A stretch of 64,000 nt of DNA, taken from a virus. Shown here in pieces: positions 35,626-45,525 of the stretch. The notes under the pieces were generated by a model, which saw only the letters and a list, made by a program, of their open reading frames with translations, did no database searches and was not told where the DNA came from. Numbering within the stretch: position 1 is the first letter of the stretch; every line of letters begins with the position of its first letter. Position numbers and translations under genes: made by a program. The stretch covers positions 64,001-128,000 of IMG/VR virus record IMGVR_UViG_3300035698_009252. The stretch is one strand, 5' to 3'.

Positions 35626-36279
35626 TTATTCCATGCCGATATCCGACGGGCCTTCCAGTCCGGGAGAAGTCCATTTCTGCCGGAGCCCACGCAAGAAATC
35701 AATCTTGCGCCGGACGTCCTGGATTGCAGCCATCTGCTCCGTCACCGCATCCAGGCGCTTGTCGATTTCGCTGCCAAGCTGCTCGATAGCCTCTCCGAGC
35801 TTCTCAACGGCTGCCGGGCTGAACTTAGCCTTGGTATCGGCCAACAGCTCATCCCCCGTAGGATTCGTAGGAAGATTGCTCCGGTCCACGATGTAAGCGT
35901 TGAGCTTCTCAACCGCGTATGTAATGAGCTTCGCGGAAGTTGGCGAGACACGCAGCGTTCCCAGGTCGACCGGGGTTGTGCTTGCCGGGTCAGTGATTCT
36001 CACGCCCGCCATCTCCACGCCAACCGAGGTCTTTTTCGGAGTCATATCCTCCGACGCATCCGCCGCGAACGGAATGGGGAGCTTCAAGAGTTTCTTCCGG
36101 GAGTCCCATTTGAGCTTCTCGATGGGCTTGTTTGCATCGAAGTCCCACCAAACAACATTGACGCCGTTGTCGGCCCGGACTCTTGGGAAACGACTACCCC
36201 ATCCAGAATTCTCGGGAAGGGTCAGAACGACCTTCCGCTGTTTGCCTTTGCCAGTTGCCTTGCACGCAATCATATCCAT
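35626..36279 (-). CDS. Hypothetical protein
   Basis: 217 aa with SD GAGG. TATAAT at 36325. Confidence 0.65.
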   Translation of the reverse strand: MDMIACKATGKGKQRKVVLTLPENSGWGSRFPRVRADNGVNVVWWDFDANKPIEKLKWDSRKKLLKLPIPFAADASEDMTPKKTSVGVEMAGVRITDPASTTPVDLGTLRVSPTSAKLITYAVEKLNAYIVDRSNLPTNPTGDELLADTKAKFSPAAVEKLGEAIEQLGSEIDKRLDAVTEQMAAIQDVRRKIDFLRGLRQKWTSPGLEGPSDIGME

Positions 36280-36370
36280 CTCCTCTCATATTTCCAGCAC
36301 ACAGTGCTGATGTTTCGTAGAAACATTATACACCGGGAAGATGACCCCGTGCGCACGTCTCTACTAAAAT

Positions 36371-38761
36371 CTACTGCCGTCTACGGTCTATCGTATAGAT
36401 ATGGCACTGATTCATGTCGCTGCGACCCCAGAAAATGGTGTCACCCCGCCTTGCCACATTCCCGCCGAAGTCCCGCTGCCGGTCCTCCGCCGTCTCCCCG
36501 GTGATACTCCCCACATCGGTAAACTGGCTACCGTCATACGCCACCAGCTTGTCCGGGTCAGTTGCCGCGAAATAGACAAAGTGCTCGTCCGCCTTGGCAT
36601 CCTGGATACTCAATGTCCACGTGTCATGCAACACCTGCCAGTTACTACCGACCTTCTTGCTGATACGCCCGTCAGCCGCGAACCTCGACCCTGCCCCGGC
36701 ACCATGTCCCATGTACAGCTCATCCTGGAATACCACCAATTTCAATCCCGGAGATGGCTCGGTATGACCCGAGAACGTACCGTACACCTCGTCACCGAAG
36801 TTGGTCAGGTAATGATAATCATTCCCAAACTCAACGATGGACCGGACCAGTGCCTTAACCGGAAGTGTCAGGTAAACATGACCACTCCAGACATCAACCA
36901 CCTGTGGGTTCGTATGGAAGTTAGCCGGAGGCCGCAAGTCCCCACTGGAAGTGTATACCGGATGGCCTTGGTATACCGTCCCCGCCAAGTTCCACGGGTA
37001 CGGGCAACTATGGGCTTCCGTTAAGGCACCGTTCTCGTACACCAGGCACTTATTCCCGCCGTGCTCCGGGCAAAAGATAACCTGGTCATACCAAACAGTC
37101 GCAAGCTGCCACGTCTCTTCTGCGTCATACTTGTCATACAAGGTTTTGATGGGGCCAAAAGGAGGGTCCTCCCACATGAATATCTGGACATGCCACGGGT
37201 CCCGATAGACATTGCTGGTGCCCCAGAACAGGGCCTTGTACTTCTCGACGTACTCCATGAACGTAACCTTGTACGCATTGTCATCACTCGACCACACTTT
37301 CTTCGGGGACGAATGAACCCACTCACCCGTAGGAGGCGCATCTTCCGGGAAGTCAATCTGCTTCACCTCTAACTGTAAATCCCTCTTGTTGGCCGGAGCC
37401 TTCTCGTCATTGTCCACCAACCACATATTGACGTACAGATGCAGGTTGTCCTCTTCCGTCGGGATGTCGTCGCCCGTGTAGCTCCACTCGTCAATGACGT
37501 AATCGGAGGACGGAGGCTCGGCATAATGCCCATGGAACGACTTGAACGTAACCTTGTCGGGCTGCCATTCAATCACATGCGTCGTTGCCCCGCCATCCAA
37601 GTCCATCATCTTCTTGTGCTTGTGACCCGGCACGTCCCATGGCTGGACGCAATACTGGAGGTTGTATGACGCATTCTTCTTGCCCCAACGTGAGGCTTCG
37701 ATGTCAACTTCCTTGTCATCATCCGCCCACAGGAACATGCCCAGAACGATGTTCCGGTCGATATCGTCCAAGGATGGATTCGAGCAGTTGACGTAGAATC
37801 GGTACGTGCCGTACTTGGCCACGTCAACACACTTGGCTTCACCACACAACCACTTGCAGTTATCCTGCCGAATCTTCATATACAGACGGTTGGCATGGAT
37901 ATCCGCGTTGTATGGATGCCACCAGTTGCTCCCCGGCGCATATCTCTGCCCGTCCTGCTTGATGTCCCATTGACGGCCCATGAATGTCTGCGGGCTGCGC
38001 TTGTACATGGGGGACGTGGGTTCCGGCTGCGGGTCCGGGTCGGGCTGGGGGTCTGGGTCCGGCTGCTGTGGAGAGTCCGGGTCAACCAATTGAATGATAT
38101 TCGAGCGTTCCTGTACGCTCGTGACTCCTACCCGGTTATGGCCGCACACGCACAGCCAGACCTTGTCCGTCGTGCGATAAGCATAGTTCTCCCATGCGCC
38201 GGTAAAGATTTTCTTGTTGCCACGGTCACTCTTGAGAATCTTCTTCGCCTGAGTGTGCTGTCCTTGGAGCAACCATTCCGTCCACATCTGCGACTTCTGG
38301 CCATCCCGCTCCACGAATATCATAATGCTGCCATTCGGGTCGTTATGAATCTTGTCAGTCTTCGGCCATCTATCAGGATGGGAACCTTCCCATGACACGG
38401 TAGCGCCACCAATCTTGCCATTGCTGATATGACAAGTGATTGGCCAATTGTCTACACGGGCATCGCCACCATTCAGGGCGAAGCCAGCCGGGTTGATTGC
38501 GTCCAAAGACGGTTCGGGCTCAGGCTCTGGGTCCGGGTCTGGGTCCGGCTCTGGTTCTGGTTCTGGCTCCGGGTCCGGCTCTGGTTCTGGCTCTGGCTCC
38601 GGGTCCGGCTCTGGCTCTGGCTCTGGCTCCGGCTCCGGCTCTGGCTCTGGCTCTGGCTCCGGCTCCGGCTCTGGCTCAGGTTCTGGCTCTGGGTCCGGGT
38701 TATTGGGCTTCTTACCGCGTAAGAAATCAATTATCGACTGAAAGAAATCTGACAATGACAT
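36371..38761 (-). CDS. Multidomain protein: Pro-Glu linker, GH16-like glycoside hydrolase, C-terminal beta-propeller-like region
   Basis: [10 protein letters not shown] (GH16 ExDxE), [16 protein letters not shown]. Confidence 0.75.
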   Translation of the reverse strand: MSLSDFFQSIIDFLRGKKPNNPDPEPEPEPEPEPEPEPEPEPEPEPEPEPEPDPEPEPEPEPDPEPEPEPEPDPDPDPEPEPEPSLDAINPAGFALNGGDARVDNWPITCHISNGKIGGATVSWEGSHPDRWPKTDKIHNDPNGSIMIFVERDGQKSQMWTEWLLQGQHTQAKKILKSDRGNKKIFTGAWENYAYRTTDKVWLCVCGHNRVGVTSVQERSNIIQLVDPDSPQQPDPDPQPDPDPQPEPTSPMYKRSPQTFMGRQWDIKQDGQRYAPGSNWWHPYNADIHANRLYMKIRQDNCKWLCGEAKCVDVAKYGTYRFYVNCSNPSLDDIDRNIVLGMFLWADDDKEVDIEASRWGKKNASYNLQYCVQPWDVPGHKHKKMMDLDGGATTHVIEWQPDKVTFKSFHGHYAEPPSSDYVIDEWSYTGDDIPTEEDNLHLYVNMWLVDNDEKAPANKRDLQLEVKQIDFPEDAPPTGEWVHSSPKKVWSSDDNAYKVTFMEYVEKYKALFWGTSNVYRDPWHVQIFMWEDPPFGPIKTLYDKYDAEETWQLATVWYDQVIFCPEHGGNKCLVYENGALTEAHSCPYPWNLAGTVYQGHPVYTSSGDLRPPANFHTNPQVVDVWSGHVYLTLPVKALVRSIVEFGNDYHYLTNFGDEVYGTFSGHTEPSPGLKLVVFQDELYMGHGAGAGSRFAADGRISKKVGSNWQVLHDTWTLSIQDAKADEHFVYFAATDPDKLVAYDGSQFTDVGSITGETAEDRQRDFGGNVARRGDTIFWGRSDMNQCHIYTIDRRRQ
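38510..38700. repeat. Hexanucleotide repeat encoding (PE/PD)n
   Basis: About 30 consecutive Pro-Glu/Pro-Asp dipeptides. Confidence 0.9.
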
Positions 38762-38871
38762 TACCCACCTACAGATATGCTCCGAAAGGGAGACTCGTTT
38801 GTAACTCCCGCATTATCTAAATATCCAGGAAAACTGTCAACGGGATTGATTTCACAGAGTGCGAAAGCAAC

Positions 38872-41391
38872 TTACGGAGCGCAATTGTCACATTTCCCAC
38901 ACGGCCCCGACAACGACACGTCCCCAAAATGTTCGCAAACATAGGCATACCGGCAATCCCTCGTCCGGTAGAACCGCGTCAAAGCATTCAACTTCTCCAT
39001 CCGGTCCTTCCTTGAGCCATCAATCTGTACAACATCAAAGGTGTCGTCTTTATCAAGCCACACCTTGTACTTCCCACGGCCAAGTGTTTTGACAAGGCCC
39101 TTCTGCTTCAATGCCGAAATACAGGCCCCGACATTATGTACCCTGGACAATTGCCCCATGACCTTCTGAGTCATGTGTATCTCGGCAAAGTTGGCCCCAT
39201 TCGCCTCCTTGAGAGCTGTGGACTTGAGCCACTTCCAGAACCCCTCTACATCCTTGCCACTGGGATTGGTCATGTCTATAAGGAAAGTTTGGGTTCGGTA
39301 ATCATCTTCAAAATCACAAACCGTTAGACAAAAAGAATCCTTACCATCGCGCCCGGCACGCCCTACCGCCTGGAACCAGTCTTCAATGCTCTGAGACAGG
39401 CCAACGTGCACAACAAAACGAACATCAGGCCGGTCTATACCCATACCAAATGCGGAAGTCGCAACAATAATTCCACCATCCTTAGACCATTGAGTCTGGG
39501 TCTCAGCCCGTTCTGTTTGAAGAAGGCCCGCGTGATAGAACATAGCCGGAATGCCCCGTTTGCACAGGTAATCGCAAACCGCTTCCGCTTCCTTGCGCGT
39601 AGCGGCATACACAATTCCCGTCTTGAAGTCTTCAGCAACAGCGAGGACATACTCATACCGCTCGGCCCCACGCGCCTCCACCATCGCAAATTGCAAATTG
39701 GGCCGATAAACACTCTGAACGAACCTCTTGGCCTCCTCGATATGAAGCGAGCGACAAATGTCTTCCCGGACCTTTTCCGTAGCCGTAGCCGTCAAAGCAA
39801 CCACTTGCCGGGGATTCAGGCGTTCGATAACTCCGCCCAGCTCAGCATAAGCCGGTCGGAAGTCGTGCCCCCACCTGCTAATACAGTTGTGAACTAAAGA
39901 GCCATTTGCGAAGAAGTTATGACTTCCTTCAACTTCGATGTCGTAAAGCCGCACCCCAACCGGATTCTTTCCAAGGCATTCCCCGGTTGGGAGAGTGCCT
40001 CCTCGTTCGACACGCGAAACACTTTCCACCCGAGCATACGAAGAAACGACTCCTTCCGCTGGTCTGCATCCCGCACCTTCATCGCCTTGTGTGACGGGCC
40101 GTCCACTTCTATTGTGACTTTCTCCAATGGCCACGACAAGTCCAACTTGTAGTGTGTCGGATAGCCACTCCCGTCCCGACAATGTCCTGTTTTTACTATA
40201 TGGTTCAGAGAAAGTCCTCCCGCGACTGCAAGAGCAGCCTCCGGTCCCGTCGCACCTCTCCCGTTCCCTCCCCGATTCGTCTTGAACCTGTCCTGGCCCT
40301 TCGACGCCTTCGACACAGACGCCCTGACCGATTCCCTCTTCATTGGGTTGTCCCGAGTCATCCTCTCCGACGCCTCCGACCTCTTCGTCTGCGAACGCTG
40401 GCCACACAGAGTCGAACAGTGCAGAGTCCTGTACCCCGGCTTCGTGTGGAAGCTCTTCCCGCACGAAAGACATATCTTCTCTACAGTCGGAACACTTCTT
40501 GTTTTTGCCGACCCTGCCCTTTGACATGCCTGTGAACAATACCTGCTCGGAGGCCGCCCCTTTCTGAGTCGCATCTCCCGAACCTTCCCGCATTCCTCGC
40601 ACACAACTATCTGCTTTGATGATTTCATACCCAGACTGTAACTTGTCCACAGGAACTAAGCCAGTGTTTTTTACGAAAAACTCTTGCCCCCCATCGCAGT
40701 ACCCGTCCCGCCCATTTATGCGAACCTTCCACAGGTCCAGACCACGATGAAGGAACAGTCTCGCTACCTTGCCGACGACCGTATTCCCGTCATACTTCGA
40801 GATAACCTCGTCACCCACCCTGATAGAATCAATCCGGCGCTCACCGGAAGGCGTCAGAACCATCGTATCCCCGATAAAACAGTGAGCCTCATCCACGGCA
40901 AAGATGTCTACCTTCAGTTTCTCCATGGCCCGGTTAAACTCGGAGTTTCCAAAGCGCTCCGGGGACACATACAAGGCCCGCACGCCGCCCGACGAGACCT
41001 CTGCCAAGGCCAATTTCGCATCCCGCATCGGCACAGAGGAGTTGATTAGGACGGCATTGACACCAAGACCCTGGAGTTTGTCCACCTGGTCCTTCATCAA
41101 AGCAATCAACGGGCTTGCAACTACCGTCAAGGTGTCAGACAGAATCGATGGGAGTTGGTAAACCAGGGATTTCCCTGAACCCGTGGGGAATACACACAAC
41201 ACACCTTTTTCGCCCTCTATGGCCTCTGTAATGGCTTCGCGTTGCCCCTCCCGGAACTTTGTATGCCCGAATACCTTCAGGGCATCGTCAAGGCTCATTT
41301 GGGCCACCTTGGGCTTTGATATGACCGCTACCTGTGGTTGGTTACTCTTGGCGGCCCGGAGCGCCCGAACTCTTTCCAGCATGCTACTCAT
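38872..41391 (-). CDS. recQ: RecQ-family DNA helicase interrupted by an intein
   Basis: FREGQ, PTGSGKSLVYQLP, SPLIALMKDQV, VDEAH|CISRWGHDFRP, ALTATA, AFGMGIDRPDVR, GRAGRDG, CGKCDNC. Confidence 0.95.
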   Translation of the reverse strand: MSSMLERVRALRAAKSNQPQVAVISKPKVAQMSLDDALKVFGHTKFREGQREAITEAIEGEKGVLCVFPTGSGKSLVYQLPSILSDTLTVVASPLIALMKDQVDKLQGLGVNAVLINSSVPMRDAKLALAEVSSGGVRALYVSPERFGNSEFNRAMEKLKVDIFAVDEAHCFIGDTMVLTPSGERRIDSIRVGDEVISKYDGNTVVGKVARLFLHRGLDLWKVRINGRDGYCDGGQEFFVKNTGLVPVDKLQSGYEIIKADSCVRGMREGSGDATQKGAASEQVLFTGMSKGRVGKNKKCSDCREDMSFVREELPHEAGVQDSALFDSVWPAFADEEVGGVGEDDSGQPNEEGIGQGVCVEGVEGPGQVQDESGRERERCDGTGGCSCSRGRTFSEPYSKNRTLSGREWLSDTLQVGLVVAIGESHNRSGRPVTQGDEGAGCRPAEGVVSSYARVESVSRVERGGTLPTGECLGKNPVGVRLYDIEVEGSHNFFANGSLVHNCISRWGHDFRPAYAELGGVIERLNPRQVVALTATATEKVREDICRSLHIEEAKRFVQSVYRPNLQFAMVEARGAERYEYVLAVAEDFKTGIVYAATRKEAEAVCDYLCKRGIPAMFYHAGLLQTERAETQTQWSKDGGIIVATSAFGMGIDRPDVRFVVHVGLSQSIEDWFQAVGRAGRDGKDSFCLTVCDFEDDYRTQTFLIDMTNPSGKDVEGFWKWLKSTALKEANGANFAEIHMTQKVMGQLSRVHNVGACISALKQKGLVKTLGRGKYKVWLDKDDTFDVVQIDGSRKDRMEKLNALTRFYRTRDCRYAYVCEHFGDVSLSGPCGKCDNCAP
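39886..40881 (-). mobile_element. Intein (332 aa) inserted in RecQ motif II (DEAH/C)
   Basis: Starts CFIGDTMVLTP and ends LYDIEVEGSHNFFANGSLVHN, followed by extein Cys. Confidence 0.92.
39894..40628 (-). CDS. Zn-finger + DUF559/Vsr-like endonuclease encoded in an alternative frame inside the intein
   Basis: CEECG..YCSQAC, CLSCG..HCSTLC, YKLDLSW...IEVDGPSH...DQRKESFLRMLGWKVFRV. Confidence 0.85.
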   Translation of the reverse strand: MKSSKQIVVCEECGKVREMRLRKGRPPSRYCSQACQRAGSAKTRSVPTVEKICLSCGKSFHTKPGYRTLHCSTLCGQRSQTKRSEASERMTRDNPMKRESVRASVSKASKGQDRFKTNRGGNGRGATGPEAALAVAGGLSLNHIVKTGHCRDGSGYPTHYKLDLSWPLEKVTIEVDGPSHKAMKVRDADQRKESFLRMLGWKVFRVSNEEALSQPGNALERIRLGCGFTTSKLKEVITSSQMAL

Positions 41392-41574
41392 ACCCTACCA
41401 ATCTCCCTGTCACGCCCATATTCGTGCTCAAGAGCGCGAACGCTTACCGGAGTCTCGGCTGTTTTCAAGGGGACAATTTGTCCTCTTGATTCTGAGCGGC
41501 CTCACTTCGGGAATTGCGCGTTAGCGTGACTCCCCCGTTATTCGGTCCAATCGCCCATGGTCCGGGTGCAGAAC

Positions 41575-41865
41575 TTAGCCACGCCGCTTCACTAACCGGC
41601 AAGCGTACCCGTAGTAGTCCAGCACCTGCACCAGGTTGTCCACGCTGGGGTAGCGCTGTCCACGCTCCCACTGCGAGACCACCGAGATGCTCACATCCAG
41701 GTCGGACGCAACCGCCTTCAGAGGCAAGCCACTTTTCTTACGGGAATCCAGTGCCATCTTGGCAAAGGACTGCACGATAGGGTTGTCCGTGTAGTCCTTG
41801 GCAGCCACACGGCGTGTCTTCTTTGCCTTCTTTACCGTCTTCTTCGCTCTCTTCTTGGCACCCAT
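41575..41865 (-). CDS. XRE-family helix-turn-helix regulator
   Basis: SRKKSGLPLKAVASDLDVSISVVSQWERGQRYPS. Confidence 0.85.
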   Translation of the reverse strand: MGAKKRAKKTVKKAKKTRRVAAKDYTDNPIVQSFAKMALDSRKKSGLPLKAVASDLDVSISVVSQWERGQRYPSVDNLVQVLDYYGYACRLVKRRG

Positions 41866-41875
41866 AGGGTCCTCC

Positions 41876-42229
41876 TTATGTTATGTTTTGAAGCATTTCG
41901 ATGTAGGTTGTCGTCCATTCCCCATCAGAAGGGCTAAACCCGGCAAGTTCCAGCCTTTGACGAGTCCGACGATTGCACGTTGCCTTGCAACTTTCGATAA
42001 TGATATTTTTGGCCCATCTTTTGGAGGGAGGGGTTTCTACCCACCGATGCAAAGTGTCCGACCCGTGGTGGTAGCAGGTAACAGTAGTGCGGAGATAACC
42101 ACAGATATTTTTCCGAAAGATAACCCGTTCGCCTCTTTCGTGCATCTTGACGATGCTGAGGTGGTCCTTCCGGTGAACCTCAAGCCAAGCCAAGAAGTCT
42201 TCGAAGTCTCTGTGCCTTTTTTCCTTCAC
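41876..42229 (-). CDS. Hypothetical protein
   Basis: 117 aa. GTG start a few nt after TATAGT, possibly leaderless. Confidence 0.55.
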   Translation of the reverse strand: MKEKRHRDFEDFLAWLEVHRKDHLSIVKMHERGERVIFRKNICGYLRTTVTCYHHGSDTLHRWVETPPSKRWAKNIIIESCKATCNRRTRQRLELAGFSPSDGEWTTTYIEMLQNIT

Positions 42230-42368
42230 GCCCTACTATACACTTGGAAGCCGGGGACAAGACAAAAAAAGAGAGGGTTCTCAGTCAACCCGAGGTTCCT
42301 TGGCGGCGGCGAGGGCATAATCGAGTCGGCTCTGCTCGTTTAACGCATGCTCCAGTTCATCACCCTTA

Positions 42369-42641
42369 TCAGGTCAATGCCTGGTATGTCCTCTGCCTCA
42401 ACACCCTGGTGGCATCCATTTCGACTGCAACATCCGCATACTTACTTTTCCATTTCGTTACTTCAGCCTGCGCCTCGTCCAGTTTATCCACCAAACCCCG
42501 CAACTTCTCCCGCTCGGCGTCAAGAGCGGCTTCGGCTTTGATGGCGCGTTGCTGATAGGCATCCGCTTCTGCGTTCAATGCCCGTTCGTGTTCCCTCGAC
42601 GCTGCGAGGGCAGTCTGGATATTCGTTACCTTACTACTCAT
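42369..42641 (-). CDS. Small coiled-coil protein
   Basis: SD GGAGGAGGGG, heptad pattern. Confidence 0.65.
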   Translation of the reverse strand: MSSKVTNIQTALAASREHERALNAEADAYQQRAIKAEAALDAEREKLRGLVDKLDEAQAEVTKWKSKYADVAVEMDATRVLRQRTYQALT

Positions 42642-42710
42642 CCCCTCCTCCGCTCCTCCCGTTAATCCCTGCCTACCCCATTATACTCTTCTGCAAGGAT
42701 TTCCGGGCAC

Positions 42711-42742
42711 AAAAAAAGACCCTCGGTTTCCCGAGGGCCTTT
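42711..42742 (-). terminator. Intrinsic terminator
   Basis: GGCCCTCGG/CCGAGGGTC hairpin plus T7. Confidence 0.75.
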
Positions 42743-42749
42743 CTAGCTT

Positions 42750-43157
42750 TCAAGATAGGCAAACCTTCTCCCCCCAAACAAATGCCACTCCGCAAGGCCA
42801 CCCATCCCTCGGCAAATTATCCGAGACTGTCCTGAAGATATCCCCGATGATAGTGGAGAACTCATCCGAGAGTTGAGACGAGATTCGATGCGCCGAGGAC
42901 CACCGCCCTCCACAACTTATGTGTGCTCCCTTACATTGAGAGCCAATGTTTTCCTTCCACTTCTTCCTGATGGTCTGGGCCAAGCCCACCGCCTCCAACC
43001 GAGAACCAAAAGCACGGGAAGCACGACCATCATTGTCAATCGAGCCAACATTCCACCTCAAACTAACCGTTTTTCGGTGCCGGGTAATTTCAATCCTTGA
43101 GCATGATGGACGCCCCGCAAGAATCGGACCCGGTATCTCTATAACTTGTTTAGGCAC
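42750..43157 (-). CDS. Hypothetical protein
   Basis: 135 aa, SD GAGGA. Confidence 0.55.
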   Translation of the reverse strand: MPKQVIEIPGPILAGRPSCSRIEITRHRKTVSLRWNVGSIDNDGRASRAFGSRLEAVGLAQTIRKKWKENIGSQCKGAHISCGGRWSSAHRISSQLSDEFSTIIGDIFRTVSDNLPRDGWPCGVAFVWGEKVCLS

Positions 43158-43171
43158 TCCTCAACTCCTAA

Positions 43172-43669
43172 TCACGCAGTTCTCGCCGCTGTTACACGCG
43201 GGTGATGGAAAGGCATACCCACCGCTTCTCCGAATCCCATCCCACATAGTCTCTCCATCAAGCGGCCTACCCTGTCATCCAATGCGGCGGGCAATAAAAC
43301 TTCCCCAAAATCCCCATATTTCTTGCAAATCTTTTCTCTAATCCGGCACAGGTCATTCCTGTCCGGCTCCCATTCTGACAGGATGCCGTTATTACGCTGT
43401 CGGGGCGGGTCCCACGCCCACACGCCACAGAATCTTTTTCCATTTTCATCTTGTCCAATATGGATTAACGCTCTCCGTTTCCGCCCATCTTCTCTTGTCC
43501 AAGGAACATCTCCCCCGGCAAGAAAACATGGCTTACCCTGACATCTTTCACCGAATTCGTTAGGGGCATCCCCACATACGTCTTCTTGAAGATACCTTTC
43601 GCCGAAACTTGCCGATGCCATCATACCGCAATGTGGACACACGCAAAAAATTCCCTCATACATCATCAC
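43172..43669 (-). CDS. Hypothetical Cys-rich protein
   Basis: CPHCG near the N-terminus, SD GGAGGTG. Confidence 0.6.
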   Translation of the reverse strand: MMMYEGIFCVCPHCGMMASASFGERYLQEDVCGDAPNEFGERCQGKPCFLAGGDVPWTREDGRKRRALIHIGQDENGKRFCGVWAWDPPRQRNNGILSEWEPDRNDLCRIREKICKKYGDFGEVLLPAALDDRVGRLMERLCGMGFGEAVGMPFHHPRVTAARTA

Positions 43670-43676
43670 CTCCGAA

Positions 43677-44819
43677 CTACAATACCATCAAGCGCCACCC
43701 CTGCTCGACATTCTTATCTTCTATTTTTCCCTCAACCACGAGAGAACTGATGGCTGCTGCCACATCGGTATCTGTGAAAATCGGCTCCGAGTCGTCATCC
43801 AGAAGATGACAGCAGCTATCAATTGCCGCATCCCTGTCAGCAGAAGCCTCGGCGATTTCATCCGCACTACACATACCCGACCACCATCCATCCTCCTCCC
43901 GGATAATCGTCATCATCACATCCTTGAGGGCCGCGAACAAATCAACCCCATCCGACTTCGCGTCCACGCCAAGGGCTCCGGCACCAATCCCGACATTATG
44001 CAGGAAAAACATTTCGCTATCATCATGCCCCTGGTGAGAGAAATTGCATTCTCCACAGTCTTCGCAGTGCATGTAGGTTCCTGTAAAATCGTGACAAAGG
44101 GCTTCATTTATGAATATCCAACGACTTCCGCAGACAGGGCACCTCGCGCCATTCACGAAACCACTCCGCTCCCACTTGGTCTCCTTGTAGGGATTCACAG
44201 CATTCCCCATCAGAAACCACCTCAGCCAGGCAGAAACCATGTTATCTGACACAGCGTGCCACTCACTCCCGTCAGAGAAAGCACATTCGATGCAAGAAAA
44301 CGCTCCGTCCATCTCCTCAAGAAAATCTTCAGAATCGTAACTCCTTGCCCAGCGGACGCGGTACGCCTCGAAAACTTCCACCAAGCTACTTGGCAGGGAT
44401 GCCCTGGCTTTCTGCCGGTCCTCATCACTCTTCAAATCATCCTCTCTCGGGAGAACAACAATTTGAGCATTCTTCCACCCCGGAACCGTTGCCTCCCGGA
44501 GCAAGGAAACCCGTCTTTGAAGCTCAAGGACCCGCCCCTCTTCTGAAAGTGCATCAACAAAGTCCTCAAAGGCATCCGGCTGACGAGCGGCGACATCGGC
44601 ATCTCGTATCGCCTTCAGAATTTTTCCGCCATCGTCGTCGGAGGCCATTTCTGCCCCCGCCAATCTATGTGCAAGAAGTTGGGCACGCACATAGTCAAGA
44701 ATAGGCTGCACACGTTTGTTACGCTTTTGCCTGTCCCGGTCGTCCTTCTCGTATCCCTTGATGCGGGCGTCACTCTGCTCTCGTATCTCTTCCTGGCTCA
44801 TCTCAACAGGCATTTTCAT
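43677..44819 (-). CDS. Hypothetical protein with zinc ribbon
   Basis: CPVCG...CEDCG. Confidence 0.65.
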   Translation of the reverse strand: MKMPVEMSQEEIREQSDARIKGYEKDDRDRQKRNKRVQPILDYVRAQLLAHRLAGAEMASDDDGGKILKAIRDADVAARQPDAFEDFVDALSEEGRVLELQRRVSLLREATVPGWKNAQIVVLPREDDLKSDEDRQKARASLPSSLVEVFEAYRVRWARSYDSEDFLEEMDGAFSCIECAFSDGSEWHAVSDNMVSAWLRWFLMGNAVNPYKETKWERSGFVNGARCPVCGSRWIFINEALCHDFTGTYMHCEDCGECNFSHQGHDDSEMFFLHNVGIGAGALGVDAKSDGVDLFAALKDVMMTIIREEDGWWSGMCSADEIAEASADRDAAIDSCCHLLDDDSEPIFTDTDVAAAISSLVVEGKIEDKNVEQGWRLMVL

Positions 44820-44832
44820 TTTCTACTCCTCT

Positions 44833-45525
44833 TCAGTTTTTCGGCTTGGCCGCATTCACCGCCTTAACAATCTCATCAAAAATCATACTGATGACGGGGC
44901 CGAATAGGTCGCCATTCTTGTCGGGATGGGCAATCATCATAATCCTTCGGTAAGCGTCCTTAAACTTTGCAGGGTTCAGAAGCTCGCTGAGGGATGCCCC
45001 CTTTAAGATGTCCGACAACTCACTTCTGGTCAGAACAGAGCGGCCCCTATTCTGCATTTGAATATGATTCGACTGAATAATCATCTTCAGAAAAGCAACC
45101 TCGTCCCGCAGGTAGTGAACGCTTTCAGTCAGCTCCCCATTCTCACGGCTAACAGAGGACAAAGCCGAACGAAGGTCTTCGTTATCGCATTCCAATGAGT
45201 AGACTTCTTTGGAAATATCCAATCCCGCCGCATCCCTAATCCCGGTCTCCGAAACAGGACTCGCGATATAGTATTCATTCCCCGTTTTGCTACGGCGAGA
45301 ACACAAAGACACTAGAACACGTTCTTTTAGAGGCGGAATCCAATCTCCATTTGGATAGCACGTCCTGCCATCACTAGAGCGGGCACCCACCGATTTCTCA
45401 TCCCATGGAAGCGGATTGAAGACAACCCATTCCCAACGATTGTCCGGCAGCTCGCCCCACTCCATCTTGTGCTCTGTCCACTTCTCCCTCACCCTCTCCA
45501 AGATTGAACTCATAACTTCAGCCAC
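44833..45525 (-). CDS. Protein with coiled coil and a C-terminal J-domain-like segment
   Basis: FKDAYRRIMMIAHPDKNGD (HPD motif). Confidence 0.65.
   Translation of the reverse strand: MAEVMSSILERVREKWTEHKMEWGELPDNRWEWVVFNPLPWDEKSVGARSSDGRTCYPNGDWIPPLKERVLVSLCSRRSKTGNEYYIASPVSETGIRDAAGLDISKEVYSLECDNEDLRSALSSVSRENGELTESVHYLRDEVAFLKMIIQSNHIQMQNRGRSVLTRSELSDILKGASLSELLNPAKFKDAYRRIMMIAHPDKNGDLFGPVISMIFDEIVKAVNAAKPKN

Noticed and set aside
38429-38820. (GS)n, (LW)n and (AL)n ORFs
   Set aside because: Alternative frames of the Pro-Glu hexamer repeat.
41408-41422. 15-nt match to the tmRNA 5' end (30668-30682), a possible att site
   Set aside because: About two such 15-mer matches are expected by chance in 64 kb, and no integrase is present.
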